A DNA stretch of 64,000 nucleotides, from contig JASGCS010000001.1 of NCBI GenBank assembly GCA_030054035.1, positions 270,280-334,279 on the forward strand. Direction: 5' to 3'. The notes under the pieces were generated by a model, which was not told the origin of the DNA, did not search any database, and worked only from the letters and a program-made list of their open reading frames with translations. Source of the DNA: Candidatus Methylacidiphilales bacterium. Lineage in GTDB: Bacteria > Pseudomonadota > Gammaproteobacteria > JASGCS01. This document shows positions 1 to 9,837 of the stretch, one piece after another; the first letter of the stretch is position 1; each line of letters opens with the position of its first letter. Both the position numbers and the translations under genes were made by a program.

Positions 1-392
1 CGCGAAAGTGTCAATGAAGAGAGTGGTGATTCATTATGGTCAAAGCAAGAACGAATTAATTTTTGAATGCTGGATAGCGTTACGCATTCTAATCTTATAA
101 ATGATACTTGTATCAAAGATTGTAATCCAAAAGATATTTCCCCTTTTCTAAAACGAGATAAAGAATCCTTGATCCGCGTTTTTAGTTTTTCATCCGCTAA
201 GGAAACTTCAGCATACGCAACGAACAATATGGTCAATTCGTCAGTCATAGATTCAAGTAATTGTGGTACCTTTAATGGATCTATGACATAAGATTGATTA
301 AAGTTTTCAGAGCTAGTGACAAACTCTACCCGGTCGCCATGTAACAATGACTGGCTTGCGACAATACAACTAAGTGGGTCGGTAAAAAACAA
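1..392 (-). CDS. Hypothetical protein, partial (runs off left edge of window)
   Basis: Manual translation of the minus strand is stop-free from TTG at 392 to the window edge (LFFTDPLSCIVASQSLLHGDRVEFVTSSENF...; about 130 codons). Divergent from pgi. Missing from the ORF track because its stop lies outside the window. Confidence 0.5.
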   Translation of the reverse strand, partial: MFFTDPLSCIVASQSLLHGDRVEFVTSSENFNQSYVIDPLKVPQLLESMTDELTILFVAYAEVSLADEKLKTRIKDSLSRFRKGEISFGLQSLIQVSFIRLECVTLSSIQKLIRSCFDHNESPLSSLTLS

Positions 393-478
393 ATGGTGAG
401 GTTGTGTTGTAATAGATTAAATTATATATTAAAATTTTATTCTAACATGGCAAGGCTATAATAATACATAAGAAAACT

Positions 479-1972
479 ATGGATACCAATCAACAAGCAA
501 TTCTAAGTCACACTAGAAAAATCATTAGATTTGGACTTGCAAAACTTCATAACAATCAAAAAAGAAAGAGATCATTATTAATATCACATAATCACCCTGC
601 GATTAATTACTATGCCAATAACCTACATATAGATTCCGTCAGCTTACGGCTATGCGAATCATTTTTAAAAAAGCGTGCCATATACGATGCTATTACCAAA
701 TTATTTAAGGGGCTTGAATTTAATAGCACTGAAAAACTACCAGTATTATTTACCTCAATAAGATCATCAGCCAGTATAGAGCGGATTAAGAAAAATCTAG
801 AGTTACAGATACAAGGTGAAATTCAAATATCTAAATCTCTATCCACTGCTGAGTTGCTATTTACCAAAAAATATCAATCACACGCAAAACAAAAAATCGA
901 AACTATTATTCACTTAGGTTCTGGTGGGTCCGCACTAGGGCCACAGTTACTCTGCAATGCCTTAAGCTACCAACAACCACAAATAACGAAGTCTTACACC
1001 GTTTATTTTATTTCAAATGTTGACGGCCACCCATTAGCACATGCTCTTTCAAATTCAAAACCTGACACAACCTTAGTAATTGTAAATTCAAAATCATTTA
1101 CGACAAACGAAACTCTTCAAAATTTATCCATATTAAAAAAATGGAAAAAATCTTTTCACAAGGAAGATTTTATTGCCATAACCGCAAACCCAGAGCTGGC
1201 CAAAACTAATGGATTTCATATTGATTCTATTTTTACCTACCCAACCTGGCTTGGAGGCCGATATAGCATTTTCTCCCCAGTTTCATTTATCTTTCAATCA
1301 CTCTTTGGAAAAAACGCTTACCTTCAATTACTTGAGGGAGCGCAAGCTAGTGATGAGATTACGAAAAAGAAACTGCTTAACAAAAATCCAAGTTTGAGAT
1401 CAGCAATGCTAGATTACCTCTATCACACATTATTAAAATATCAGACAAGGGCTATATTTATTTACGAAACCAGGCTTGCGCTATTGTTACCTTACATTCA
1501 ACAATTAGAGATGGAGAGCAATTCAAAATCTATTACAACTTCATTAAAAAAAATCAAAACATCAACAGCACCAATAATTTGGGGGGGATTGGGTACTGAT
1601 AGCCAGCATTCATTATTCCAAACTTTATTTCAAGGTACCCATCTTTTTCCATCAGAATTTATAACCATTAAAAAACCCGAACACTCACTTACCGATAATC
1701 ACCTTTGGCTACTTGCTCATGCACGAGCACAACAAGTTGCATTACGAGATGGCCACAACGATCTTCGGCCAGAAAAAAACTGCCCAGGGAATAAACCATC
1801 ATCACATATCCAATTGGAATCTCTTAATCCATTTTCACTTGGGGCATTAATCAGCTACTATGAACTACGCACCTTTCTATTTGGTAAATTGCTTCAGATT
1901 AATTCATTTGATCAGATGGGTGTTGATTTTAGTAAGCCAATCGCTAAAAAAATCTATGAGTCATTAAAATGA
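479..1972 (+). CDS. pgi: Glucose-6-phosphate isomerase (divergent)
   Basis: Motifs GSGGSALG, SKSFTTNET, GGRYS, QQLEMESN, GTDSQH, NSFDQMGV..K. Confidence 0.93.
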   Translation: MDTNQQAILSHTRKIIRFGLAKLHNNQKRKRSLLISHNHPAINYYANNLHIDSVSLRLCESFLKKRAIYDAITKLFKGLEFNSTEKLPVLFTSIRSSASIERIKKNLELQIQGEIQISKSLSTAELLFTKKYQSHAKQKIETIIHLGSGGSALGPQLLCNALSYQQPQITKSYTVYFISNVDGHPLAHALSNSKPDTTLVIVNSKSFTTNETLQNLSILKKWKKSFHKEDFIAITANPELAKTNGFHIDSIFTYPTWLGGRYSIFSPVSFIFQSLFGKNAYLQLLEGAQASDEITKKKLLNKNPSLRSAMLDYLYHTLLKYQTRAIFIYETRLALLLPYIQQLEMESNSKSITTSLKKIKTSTAPIIWGGLGTDSQHSLFQTLFQGTHLFPSEFITIKKPEHSLTDNHLWLLAHARAQQVALRDGHNDLRPEKNCPGNKPSSHIQLESLNPFSLGALISYYELRTFLFGKLLQINSFDQMGVDFSKPIAKKIYESLK

Positions 1973-2526
1973 AGTATTGTTCTTCCTGTGGCTCAGATGC
2001 AATGGTTTTTGAAATACCTGCCCATGACACCAAAGAGCGATATATTTGCAAAAAATGCAATACCATTTATTACACCAACCCTAAAATAGTAGTCGGTTGT
2101 ATTATTCAATGCCATGAGCAAATTTTACTCTGCGAAAGAAATATTGAGCCACGCAAAGGTTTTTTAACCTATCCTGCAGGCTTTATGGAAAACTACGAAA
2201 CACTTCAAGAGGCCTGCATCAGAGAAACTAGAGAAGAAGCAGGCGTAAACATACAGAACCCGCGATTATTTGCTTTATATAATTTACCTACCAGTAATCA
2301 GATTTTTGTTGTGTATCATCATTATGTTAGTGATACAAAAACCGAGGAATATTGCGATGAAACTGCCTCTCTATCCTGGGTAAATCTCAATGAAATACCA
2401 TTTAATCAACTAGCTTTCCCTATCATAGTAGAAACCTTAAAATCATTAATAGAAGGGAAAAAAACACCTATTCAAGGCACTATTTCACGAAAGGGAAATA
2501 CCTACCAACATTGGATAATTGATTAA
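1969..2526 (+). CDS. NUDIX hydrolase with N-terminal Zn ribbon
   Basis: CSSCG...CKKC..YYTNPKIVVG; Nudix box GFMENYETLQEACIRETREEAG; ATGA overlap with pgi stop. Confidence 0.9.
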   Translation: MKYCSSCGSDAMVFEIPAHDTKERYICKKCNTIYYTNPKIVVGCIIQCHEQILLCERNIEPRKGFLTYPAGFMENYETLQEACIRETREEAGVNIQNPRLFALYNLPTSNQIFVVYHHYVSDTKTEEYCDETASLSWVNLNEIPFNQLAFPIIVETLKSLIEGKKTPIQGTISRKGNTYQHWIID

Positions 2527-4073
2527 AGTCCTAATACCCCTGGATTCATTACATTGTGTGGGTCAAGAATATTTTTAATATCCCGAACAAGTTTAGCATT
2601 ACTAGGTGCTAGCTTTACCAAATAAGGATAGCTTCTACCAATTTGAAAATGAACCGCATGGTACTTAGTAAAAATAGCAATAATTTTATCTTTTAAATGT
2701 AAAACCAATAATTTACCATCAGGATTAGCAGGAAACTTACGTAGCCGAGATAAATATCCGGTATCAATATATTTTGCATGTATAGCATACAATTCATCTT
2801 CCCAATAAAATACTGGCTCTATAACAGCGCCTTGAGAACCGAGTGCGCTAAATAAAATAGAATAGGTAACTTTATATTTTTGCATTTCAGAAGCATGCAT
2901 AACAAATAAATCAGCAAGCTCGCTACATACAATTTCGGCATCGCCATGTGCTACGATCCCATGAATTGGCAACCATCGTTCGCCCTGTGGCCCAAGCATA
3001 TTATTTAAAGGACTAAAAGGGTTGGCCCGAAGTGCTTTCGGTATAATGGTGGGGAGCTTATTTCCTCCATGAGCATAAGCAAGTGAATGTAATTGCTTGA
3101 TATCTTCTTTTAGCGAAGCTCTACTATATTGCTCACTTAATACATGTAATTGGTAACAATCAGGGCTAAACTTTCTTCGGCCATAAAACGCAAAAGTAAG
3201 CAATGACCATAAACTTCGTAAAATTGACTTTTCATGTTTAGCAACTTCACTAACCACTTTCAAATCAGACACTAAGCTTTCTCGTTTTAATCTTGCCTGT
3301 TGTAGTAAAGGATCAAAGCCAACCACCTCAGTTCCAATCCCTGAATTTGCCACAGCCTGTAAGGCTTTCAAAAAAGATGAGCGATGTTTAAACTCAAATG
3401 AAACACCATCTGTATAAAGAGAGTCTGAAACTAATCTTAAAGCAACTTTAGTTTTAACACCAAACGCACCACAATCACCGAGGAAAAGACCGCAAGAATC
3501 TACTCCAAACCAACGAAAAGCAGCGCTACCATTACCCAAACAACCAACATTTAACTTTTCCCCCAACCCAGATACTACTTCCAACCCTAACACAGACTCT
3601 GCACTACAACCATAACGAGCACTTCCCCAGAACAATGAATGCTGGCTCAGAGAACCACCAACAGTAGCATGTATTCCACTCAATGTTCCCCAAAACCTAG
3701 TCTTCACTCCATGCACAGACAACTCACCCAACAAATGTTTCCAACTACAACCAGCCTCAACTACCACCACCCCATTTTCCACATCAACAGACAACACTTT
3801 ATCCATCAAACTCATATCAAGAACAACCAACCCCTCAGCAACTACCCCACCAGTGTAACTCAAACCCGCACCACGACTCAGAATACCAATCTTATACCTA
3901 ATACAACACTTAACCACCAATTCAACTTCTTCAGCAGAAGCGACCATAACAACCACATTCACATCCTTAACCTCATAAAACACATCAGAATAATACACTG
4001 AACTAATCATATCACCCACCAACAAGCGATCAGCTGCAATCACTAAACTTAAATCATTAATTAATTTTTTCAT
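2523..4073 (-). CDS. FAD-binding oxidoreductase (VAO/PCMH / GlcD-like family)
   Basis: RGAGLSYTGG, VVVEAG, ATVGG, VLGLEVV, C-terminal KNILDPHNVMNPG. Start moved to ATG 4073 because the longer ORF start (4118) lies inside the upstream terminator. Confidence 0.88.
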   Translation of the reverse strand: MKKLINDLSLVIAADRLLVGDMISSVYYSDVFYEVKDVNVVVMVASAEEVELVVKCCIRYKIGILSRGAGLSYTGGVVAEGLVVLDMSLMDKVLSVDVENGVVVVEAGCSWKHLLGELSVHGVKTRFWGTLSGIHATVGGSLSQHSLFWGSARYGCSAESVLGLEVVSGLGEKLNVGCLGNGSAAFRWFGVDSCGLFLGDCGAFGVKTKVALRLVSDSLYTDGVSFEFKHRSSFLKALQAVANSGIGTEVVGFDPLLQQARLKRESLVSDLKVVSEVAKHEKSILRSLWSLLTFAFYGRRKFSPDCYQLHVLSEQYSRASLKEDIKQLHSLAYAHGGNKLPTIIPKALRANPFSPLNNMLGPQGERWLPIHGIVAHGDAEIVCSELADLFVMHASEMQKYKVTYSILFSALGSQGAVIEPVFYWEDELYAIHAKYIDTGYLSRLRKFPANPDGKLLVLHLKDKIIAIFTKYHAVHFQIGRSYPYLVKLAPSNAKLVRDIKNILDPHNVMNPGVLGL

Positions 4074-4095
4074 ATTTTTAAACAAGCATACCCAC

Positions 4096-4126
4096 AAATA
4101 AAAAAGCCAGCATATCAAGCTGGCTT
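4096..4126 (-). terminator. Rho-independent terminator of the TonB receptor gene
   Basis: Stem AAGCCAGC (4104-4111) / GCTGGCTT (4119-4126), 7-nt loop, T-rich tail on the minus strand, 17 nt after the stop. Confidence 0.8.
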
Positions 4127-4143
4127 CCCTACACTAATTATAA

Positions 4144-6876
4144 TTAGAAATTATAATTTACCTCAATACCATACGAAGCACCTCTTCGTGGAGCAACAAA
4201 ATACGCCCTACCTCTTGACCCAGTTGTTGGATTTGCGCCTGAACTAGCAGCACCAATCTCAAACCACCTTGTGGCTAAAATGGGAGTAGTATCATTCAAA
4301 ATATTTTTTCCGAAGATAGATAAAGTAACTTTATCCATAATAAATGAAATTTTTGAATCTAGCAGAGTCACTGCACCAACATATTGAAAATTATCAATTT
4401 GAGTAAACTTTTTATCTTCAAAAGTAGCAGATAACGAATAATTGATAGATGATTTAGTATCCATTTCTTCATTTACATTAATTGAGAGTGAAGCGGTGTA
4501 TTCAGGCACAAATGCAAATTTTTTGTTTTTAATAGAACCATATTGCTTTACTTGAGCCTCAGTTCCAGTAAATTCAACACCACCACATGTAGGATTACCT
4601 GTTAAGAAATTTGTAGTTGCTACCACTGTGCATCCATTTTGTATAAAATTAACCTGAGCTAATACTGGGTCATACCCACTAGTAAAATGCGCATCAACTG
4701 TGGCATAACTAAAATTAATAGACACTGAATCTGTAACAATAGCTTTTAATTCGATTTCTAAGCCTTGTGTTAAACCGTTAGATTGATTTACCACTATAGA
4801 AGTTGTATTACTACCCCCAGGTAAAATCGCTGAGAGTGCCTGAGAAGTCTGAATATCTTTTATATCGTTTTTATATAAAGACAAACTGAATAAAGTTTTA
4901 CCATCATCAAAAACCCCTTTATAGCCTAATTCATAATTAACCGAAGTTTCTTGTTTGTACTCAGAGCGATCTTGCTCCACACCGTTTAATAAAAACCTAC
5001 CTAAAGTACCATTAAAACCACCTGCCTTTACCCCTTGAGAATAAATTAAATACAAATTATTATATTCATCAGATTGATATTTTAATGTGATTCTAGGAAG
5101 AGTGTTTTCCCAAGTTTTCTTTTGATTAAATGAAACCACACCAGAATAATCTGATTTTTCAATTAATCTATTTGAATTATAGATATTGTTTCTATTAGTA
5201 GATAGTATATTGCCATTTAGTCCTCCATCTTCTCTGTATTCAATTTGATGTTTGGTTTCTTTCTGATTTCTAATTTCAAAAGAAAGTGAAACTCCATCAC
5301 CAGCTTCGAACTCAATCATTGCATAGATCGCATCATTAGAAAGTGATGATTTATTTTGCTTATAACCATGAGCTAAAGTATAAAAACTAACTGCACTTAG
5401 TCGAGGGCAAAGGTAGGTGCGAGTTGAAGAATTATACTCGGAATCAGCTAAAGTACCGTCTAGATTTTCACATCTCCAAAGTTTATTATTGGCTACATTT
5501 GGCTCTTGACCTGTTTGAAAGGCAATATCAAATTGTTCAATTCTTCGTTCATAATTATAAAGACCGGCAATCCACTTGATATCCGAGCTCTCATTTGATT
5601 GAATTCTAATTTCAGTAACTTTATCGTCAAATTCTTTCTTGCTTGAATCCGCGAATATAGACTCACAAGAAATATTCCAACAGGTAGTAGTTGATGCAGG
5701 AGTAACAGGGCTAGCACTGGTTCCCGACCTTAAGTCAGTTCTAGCAAAATTTTGAAGATTGTATGCGGAATGATCTGAATCAGATCCCGTACTTAATTCT
5801 TCAAATTTTTGTGATAGCGATATATTTAAATCAATGCTTTTATTGATCTTATAAACAATATTTAAAATATTTAACTCGACATTACGATCAACTCCAGAAA
5901 AAGCAATTCCTTTTTCTAGATTAACTGCATCAGGAATTAAGTCAGCAGTTGAATGACTTTGCGACGATTTTTTCCCATAGTATGGATTTGCAACGCCGTC
6001 AACATCATATTCATCGTTTAAAGCGAAAATTAATGTACTTGGCAATTCACCACAATAAGCTCTAACGTTTCCAGCAACTTTTGCAGGGCAATTTCCAGAA
6101 GCAGGTGCGATAAACGCAAATGGTCTGGTTCCATCTGAATCAACAGTATTTAAGTATCTATAGTTAACAGAAATATCACTTGAATTATGGTTAATAACAA
6201 TTGATGCTCCAGTGGTAGATTGTTGGCCAATGGTTTTTTGTGTTATCTGGTTTTTCCATTCACCGCCATAGCTAAAATTACGACCTGTAATTCCAATAGA
6301 GGTGTTATTCGATACCGGTATATTTAATGAAAGATTTGTTGATTTTTCATTGTGGTTTGCAAGATAAACTTTTACATTACCTGAAAATTTTTCAAAATCG
6401 GGCTCATTTGTTACGTAGTTAATTGCGCCAGAATATGTATTTCTTCCATACAGTGCTGATTGGGGACCCTTAACAACTTCTATTCTTTTAATCGAACTTA
6501 AGTCGATTGATTGTATATCACCAGGATAATAAACACCGTTAAGAAAGTACGACACGCCAGACTCAACGCCGAATTGCACTCCTGCTAGGACATTAGATAA
6601 ACCTCTTATAACAGGTCGCTCAGTCGCTCTACCAAAGGCATTGGAGAAAGACAGGCCTGGAGTGAATTTTGCAAAGTCATCAATTGAACGGATGTTGAGA
6701 TTCTCAAAGTCTTTTGAACTTAGAGTTGATATTGAAAGTGGGACTTCTTGTAAAGTTTCTGTTGTTTTTCTTGCTGAAACAACCACCTCTTCAAGCGTTG
6801 TCTTATCTGCAGAAAACGCAATTGTACATGTTAAAGATACTATTGCTGTGATTAAAAAATTAATTGATCTATTCAT
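4144..6876 (-). CDS. TonB-dependent receptor
   Basis: Signal peptide, TonB box EEVVVSAR, plug IRG...IEVVKGPQSALYGRN..GAIN, NYELGYK, C-terminal YNF. Start set at ATG 6876 behind SD AAGGAGGT. Confidence 0.95.
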   Translation of the reverse strand: MNRSINFLITAIVSLTCTIAFSADKTTLEEVVVSARKTTETLQEVPLSISTLSSKDFENLNIRSIDDFAKFTPGLSFSNAFGRATERPVIRGLSNVLAGVQFGVESGVSYFLNGVYYPGDIQSIDLSSIKRIEVVKGPQSALYGRNTYSGAINYVTNEPDFEKFSGNVKVYLANHNEKSTNLSLNIPVSNNTSIGITGRNFSYGGEWKNQITQKTIGQQSTTGASIVINHNSSDISVNYRYLNTVDSDGTRPFAFIAPASGNCPAKVAGNVRAYCGELPSTLIFALNDEYDVDGVANPYYGKKSSQSHSTADLIPDAVNLEKGIAFSGVDRNVELNILNIVYKINKSIDLNISLSQKFEELSTGSDSDHSAYNLQNFARTDLRSGTSASPVTPASTTTCWNISCESIFADSSKKEFDDKVTEIRIQSNESSDIKWIAGLYNYERRIEQFDIAFQTGQEPNVANNKLWRCENLDGTLADSEYNSSTRTYLCPRLSAVSFYTLAHGYKQNKSSLSNDAIYAMIEFEAGDGVSLSFEIRNQKETKHQIEYREDGGLNGNILSTNRNNIYNSNRLIEKSDYSGVVSFNQKKTWENTLPRITLKYQSDEYNNLYLIYSQGVKAGGFNGTLGRFLLNGVEQDRSEYKQETSVNYELGYKGVFDDGKTLFSLSLYKNDIKDIQTSQALSAILPGGSNTTSIVVNQSNGLTQGLEIELKAIVTDSVSINFSYATVDAHFTSGYDPVLAQVNFIQNGCTVVATTNFLTGNPTCGGVEFTGTEAQVKQYGSIKNKKFAFVPEYTASLSINVNEEMDTKSSINYSLSATFEDKKFTQIDNFQYVGAVTLLDSKISFIMDKVTLSIFGKNILNDTTPILATRWFEIGAASSGANPTTGSRGRAYFVAPRRGASYGIEVNYNF

Positions 6877-6881
6877 GAAAA

Positions 6882-6934
6882 ACCTCCTGTATTTAACTTT
6901 CAAGATTTTGACATATCTAAAACACTTTTGTCAA
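6882..6934 (-). promoter_or_regulatory. Likely strong sigma70 promoter and SD for the TonB receptor
   Basis: Minus strand reads TTGACA-N18-CAAAAT (extended -10 TG in the spacer), then AAGGAGGT 5 nt before the ATG. TTGACA also occurs on the + strand (6908-6913), forming an inverted pair. Confidence 0.55.
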
Positions 6935-6967
6935 GTGTATTTATTACATATTAATTAAAAATTTTTG

Positions 6968-8788
6968 TTATTTTGAAAATCTTTTTCTTTGATTTTCAGT
7001 TAAGAATTTTTTTCTAAGTCGTAATGATTTTGGAGTTACTTCTACAAGCTCGTCTTCTTCTATAAACTCCATGCATTGTTCTAGTGAATAATTAAGGGGA
7101 GGAGTGAGGAGAATATTCTCATCGCTACCTGCTGCTCTCATGTTATCTAGTTTTTTCCCTTTAGTTGGATTGACGGCTATGTCATTCTGTCTGGAATGAA
7201 TACCAACAATCATTCCTTCATACACATCGATCCCATGTCCAATAAATAACTTACCTCGTTCCTGGAGTGAAAATAATGAATAGGCAAGTGATTTGCCATC
7301 AGCCATAGAAATGAGAACTCCATTTTTTCTTTGTAGGTCTATTGATGAATTAAAGGTGTCGTATCTATCAAAGATATGAGTCATGATGCCCGATCCAGAA
7401 GTTGCCGAAAGAAATTCATTTCTAAAACCAATCAGTCCTCTTGAAGAAATAGAGAACTCCAAACGTAATCTATTACCAATAGTAGAAGTAATTTGTTGTA
7501 GCTCTGCCCTTCTCCACCCAAGCAGTTCCATGATTGAACCCTGATGCTCATTTTCACAATCAATAACCAATTGTTCATAAGGCTCTTGCGTTACACCATT
7601 TATAGTTTTAATAATAACCTCTGGTCTAGAAATGGCTAGTTCAAATGACTCTCTTCTCATTGATTCAATAAGAACGGAAAGATGGAGTTCGCCTCTACCT
7701 GAAACAACAAATTCATCAGAAGAACTTCCTTGCTCTACGCGCAAGGCAACATTGTGAAGTAGTTCTTTTTCTAGGCGCTCGGCTAGTTGCCTAGAGGTAA
7801 GGTATTTACCTTCTCTTCCAGCTAAAGGCGAGTCATTAACGCAGAATTTCATTCTAAGCGTAGGATGATCAACGGTGAGTGGCGGTAAAGGTAGTGGATT
7901 TTGTGGGTCACAAATTGTGTCGCCAATAGTAAGTTTTTCGATTCCAGAAACGCTAACAATATCACCAGCAAGCGCTTCAGGTTGTTCAACTTTTTCAAGC
8001 CCCCTAAATCCCAATATCTGTAATATTCTTCCATTTTTTTTACTTCCATCTTGCGATACAACTGTTACTGATTGGTTAGTTGTAATTTTTCCATTTTTTA
8101 TTCTACCTAACCCAATTATCCCTACAAAATTTGAGTAATCAAGTGCGGAGATTTGCATCTGAAGTGGTGCATTTATTGATGATTCTGGCGGAGGCGCTTT
8201 TTGAATTATAGTTTCAAATAACGGGGTAAGGTCTGGGGCAATAGAGTCAATTTCAAAACCCGCTTGACCCTTAAGCGCAGAAGTATAGACTATAGGAAAA
8301 TCCAACTGTGCATCACTTGCACCTAGTTTCACAAATAGCTCAAATACTTGGTCGATGACCCAATGTGGTCTTGAGCCGTCTCGATCGATCTTGTTAATCA
8401 CAACAATAGGGCGAAGATTATAAGAGAAGGCTTTCTGAGTTACAAATCTAGTTTGTGGCATTGGTCCGTCAATGGCATCAACTAAAAGCAGAACAGAATC
8501 TACCATAGAAAGCACTCGCTCTACCTCCCCACCAAAATCCGCATGTCCTGGAGTATCAACGATATTAATTCTGAATCCATTCCAATCAATCGCTGTGTTT
8601 TTCGCTAAGATGGTAATGCCTCGTTCACGCTCCTGATCATTGGAATCCATAATTCTCTCTTTCCAAGCCATTTTTCTTTGCAAAGAATTTGATTGCTTAA
8701 GTAATGAATCTACCAATGTAGTTTTGCCATGATCAACATGAGCAATGATCGCAATATTGCGAATAATATTTGCTGAGGCTTCTGACAT
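6968..8788 (-). CDS. typA: Translational GTPase TypA/BipA
   Basis: [41 protein letters not shown]-terminal [14 protein letters not shown]. Confidence 0.98.
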   Translation of the reverse strand: MSEASANIIRNIAIIAHVDHGKTTLVDSLLKQSNSLQRKMAWKERIMDSNDQERERGITILAKNTAIDWNGFRINIVDTPGHADFGGEVERVLSMVDSVLLLVDAIDGPMPQTRFVTQKAFSYNLRPIVVINKIDRDGSRPHWVIDQVFELFVKLGASDAQLDFPIVYTSALKGQAGFEIDSIAPDLTPLFETIIQKAPPPESSINAPLQMQISALDYSNFVGIIGLGRIKNGKITTNQSVTVVSQDGSKKNGRILQILGFRGLEKVEQPEALAGDIVSVSGIEKLTIGDTICDPQNPLPLPPLTVDHPTLRMKFCVNDSPLAGREGKYLTSRQLAERLEKELLHNVALRVEQGSSSDEFVVSGRGELHLSVLIESMRRESFELAISRPEVIIKTINGVTQEPYEQLVIDCENEHQGSIMELLGWRRAELQQITSTIGNRLRLEFSISSRGLIGFRNEFLSATSGSGIMTHIFDRYDTFNSSIDLQRKNGVLISMADGKSLAYSLFSLQERGKLFIGHGIDVYEGMIVGIHSRQNDIAVNPTKGKKLDNMRAAGSDENILLTPPLNYSLEQCMEFIEEDELVEVTPKSLRLRKKFLTENQRKRFSK

Positions 8789-9771
8789 TAAAATTCTAGA
8801 ATTGAACTACCAGTGTTATTTCTAGATTCTAAATCGCTATGAGCGATATGTGCTTCTGAAAGTTTGTATCGTTGATTAATAGTTGGTTGTATCTCTTTCT
8901 GGGAGATTGCTGAGAATAAATTATTGGACATTTGTATGTATCTTGATCTTAAAGCTATGTAATTAAAAACAGAAGCTCGGGTTATTTTAACCGATCCGCG
9001 CTCTGCAAGCAACTGTATATTAATTGGGGGTACGGCACCTGTTGAACTGCCAAATGATACAAAAGTGCCAAGTGGTTGGATAAGTTGCATTGATTGATTG
9101 AAGGTTTTTTCCCCACAAGAGTCAAAGACAATAGGCACACCTCTGCCATGGGTTATTTCCATGACTCGGTCAATGACTGATTCGGTTTTATAATTGATTG
9201 CAAATCTTGCTCCGTGATGCAACATGCGTTGACATTTTTCATCTGTTGAGGCAGTTGCGATTAAATCAATACCTTGATGGCGCGCATATTGACACGCAAG
9301 TAGCCCCACCCCACCCGAACCTGCAGTCAAATACGCAACAGATCCTGGGGTAATTTTTTCTATGTAATCAAAAAGAGCTATAACGGTAAGCCCCTTCATG
9401 AACACCGCCGCCACTTCAATCAAGCTAATAGTGTCAGGAACTTGAATTATTTCATTTTCCTGAACATAGGAATACTCTGCATACGCTTTAGGAATTTTAG
9501 AAACATAAACGACCCGATCTCCTGGTCTAAATTGAGTAACTCCTGTGCCGACTTCTTCAACCACTCCACTAGCTTCCACTCCAATTCCATGAGGCAACGG
9601 AAGCGGATAAAAGCCGGTTCGATGATACACATCAATAAAATTTATTGCGGAAGCTTTCTGTTTGATCAACACTTCGCCTGCAAGTGGAGTATGTAGCTCT
9701 TTAGTGCGTAGCTCTAAAACCCCTGCGTCGCCATGGCGTACTATTTCTACAAATGAAAAATGTTTTTTCAT
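8788..9771 (-). CDS. qor: NADPH:quinone oxidoreductase (zeta-crystallin family)
   Basis: INFIDVYHRTGFYP, GVEASG, AGSGGVG, HSDLESRNNTGSSIL. Confidence 0.9.
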   Translation of the reverse strand: MKKHFSFVEIVRHGDAGVLELRTKELHTPLAGEVLIKQKASAINFIDVYHRTGFYPLPLPHGIGVEASGVVEEVGTGVTQFRPGDRVVYVSKIPKAYAEYSYVQENEIIQVPDTISLIEVAAVFMKGLTVIALFDYIEKITPGSVAYLTAGSGGVGLLACQYARHQGIDLIATASTDEKCQRMLHHGARFAINYKTESVIDRVMEITHGRGVPIVFDSCGEKTFNQSMQLIQPLGTFVSFGSSTGAVPPINIQLLAERGSVKITRASVFNYIALRSRYIQMSNNLFSAISQKEIQPTINQRYKLSEAHIAHSDLESRNNTGSSILEF

Positions 9772-9837
9772 GGCGGTATTTATAAAGTGATAAAATTATA
9801 CCATGCAATTGATTTTATATAAAAATAAGGTGTTTAA

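Noticed and set aside
67-291. 74-aa plus-strand ORF
   Set aside because: Antisense shadow of the longer open minus-strand frame; no motif.
479-1972. pgi as a pseudogene (ESNSK and GVDFSK instead of ESNGK and GVELGK)
   Set aside because: ORF is uninterrupted and the catalytic Glu, His and Lys positions appear retained; simply divergent.
3639-4001. 120-aa His/Thr/Asn/Gln-rich plus-strand ORF
   Set aside because: By-product of the C/A-rich strand opposite the flavoprotein gene, which has few stop codons.
3480-4073. Diversity-generating retroelement as cause of the skew
   Set aside because: No reverse transcriptase and no template/variable repeat pair visible in the window.
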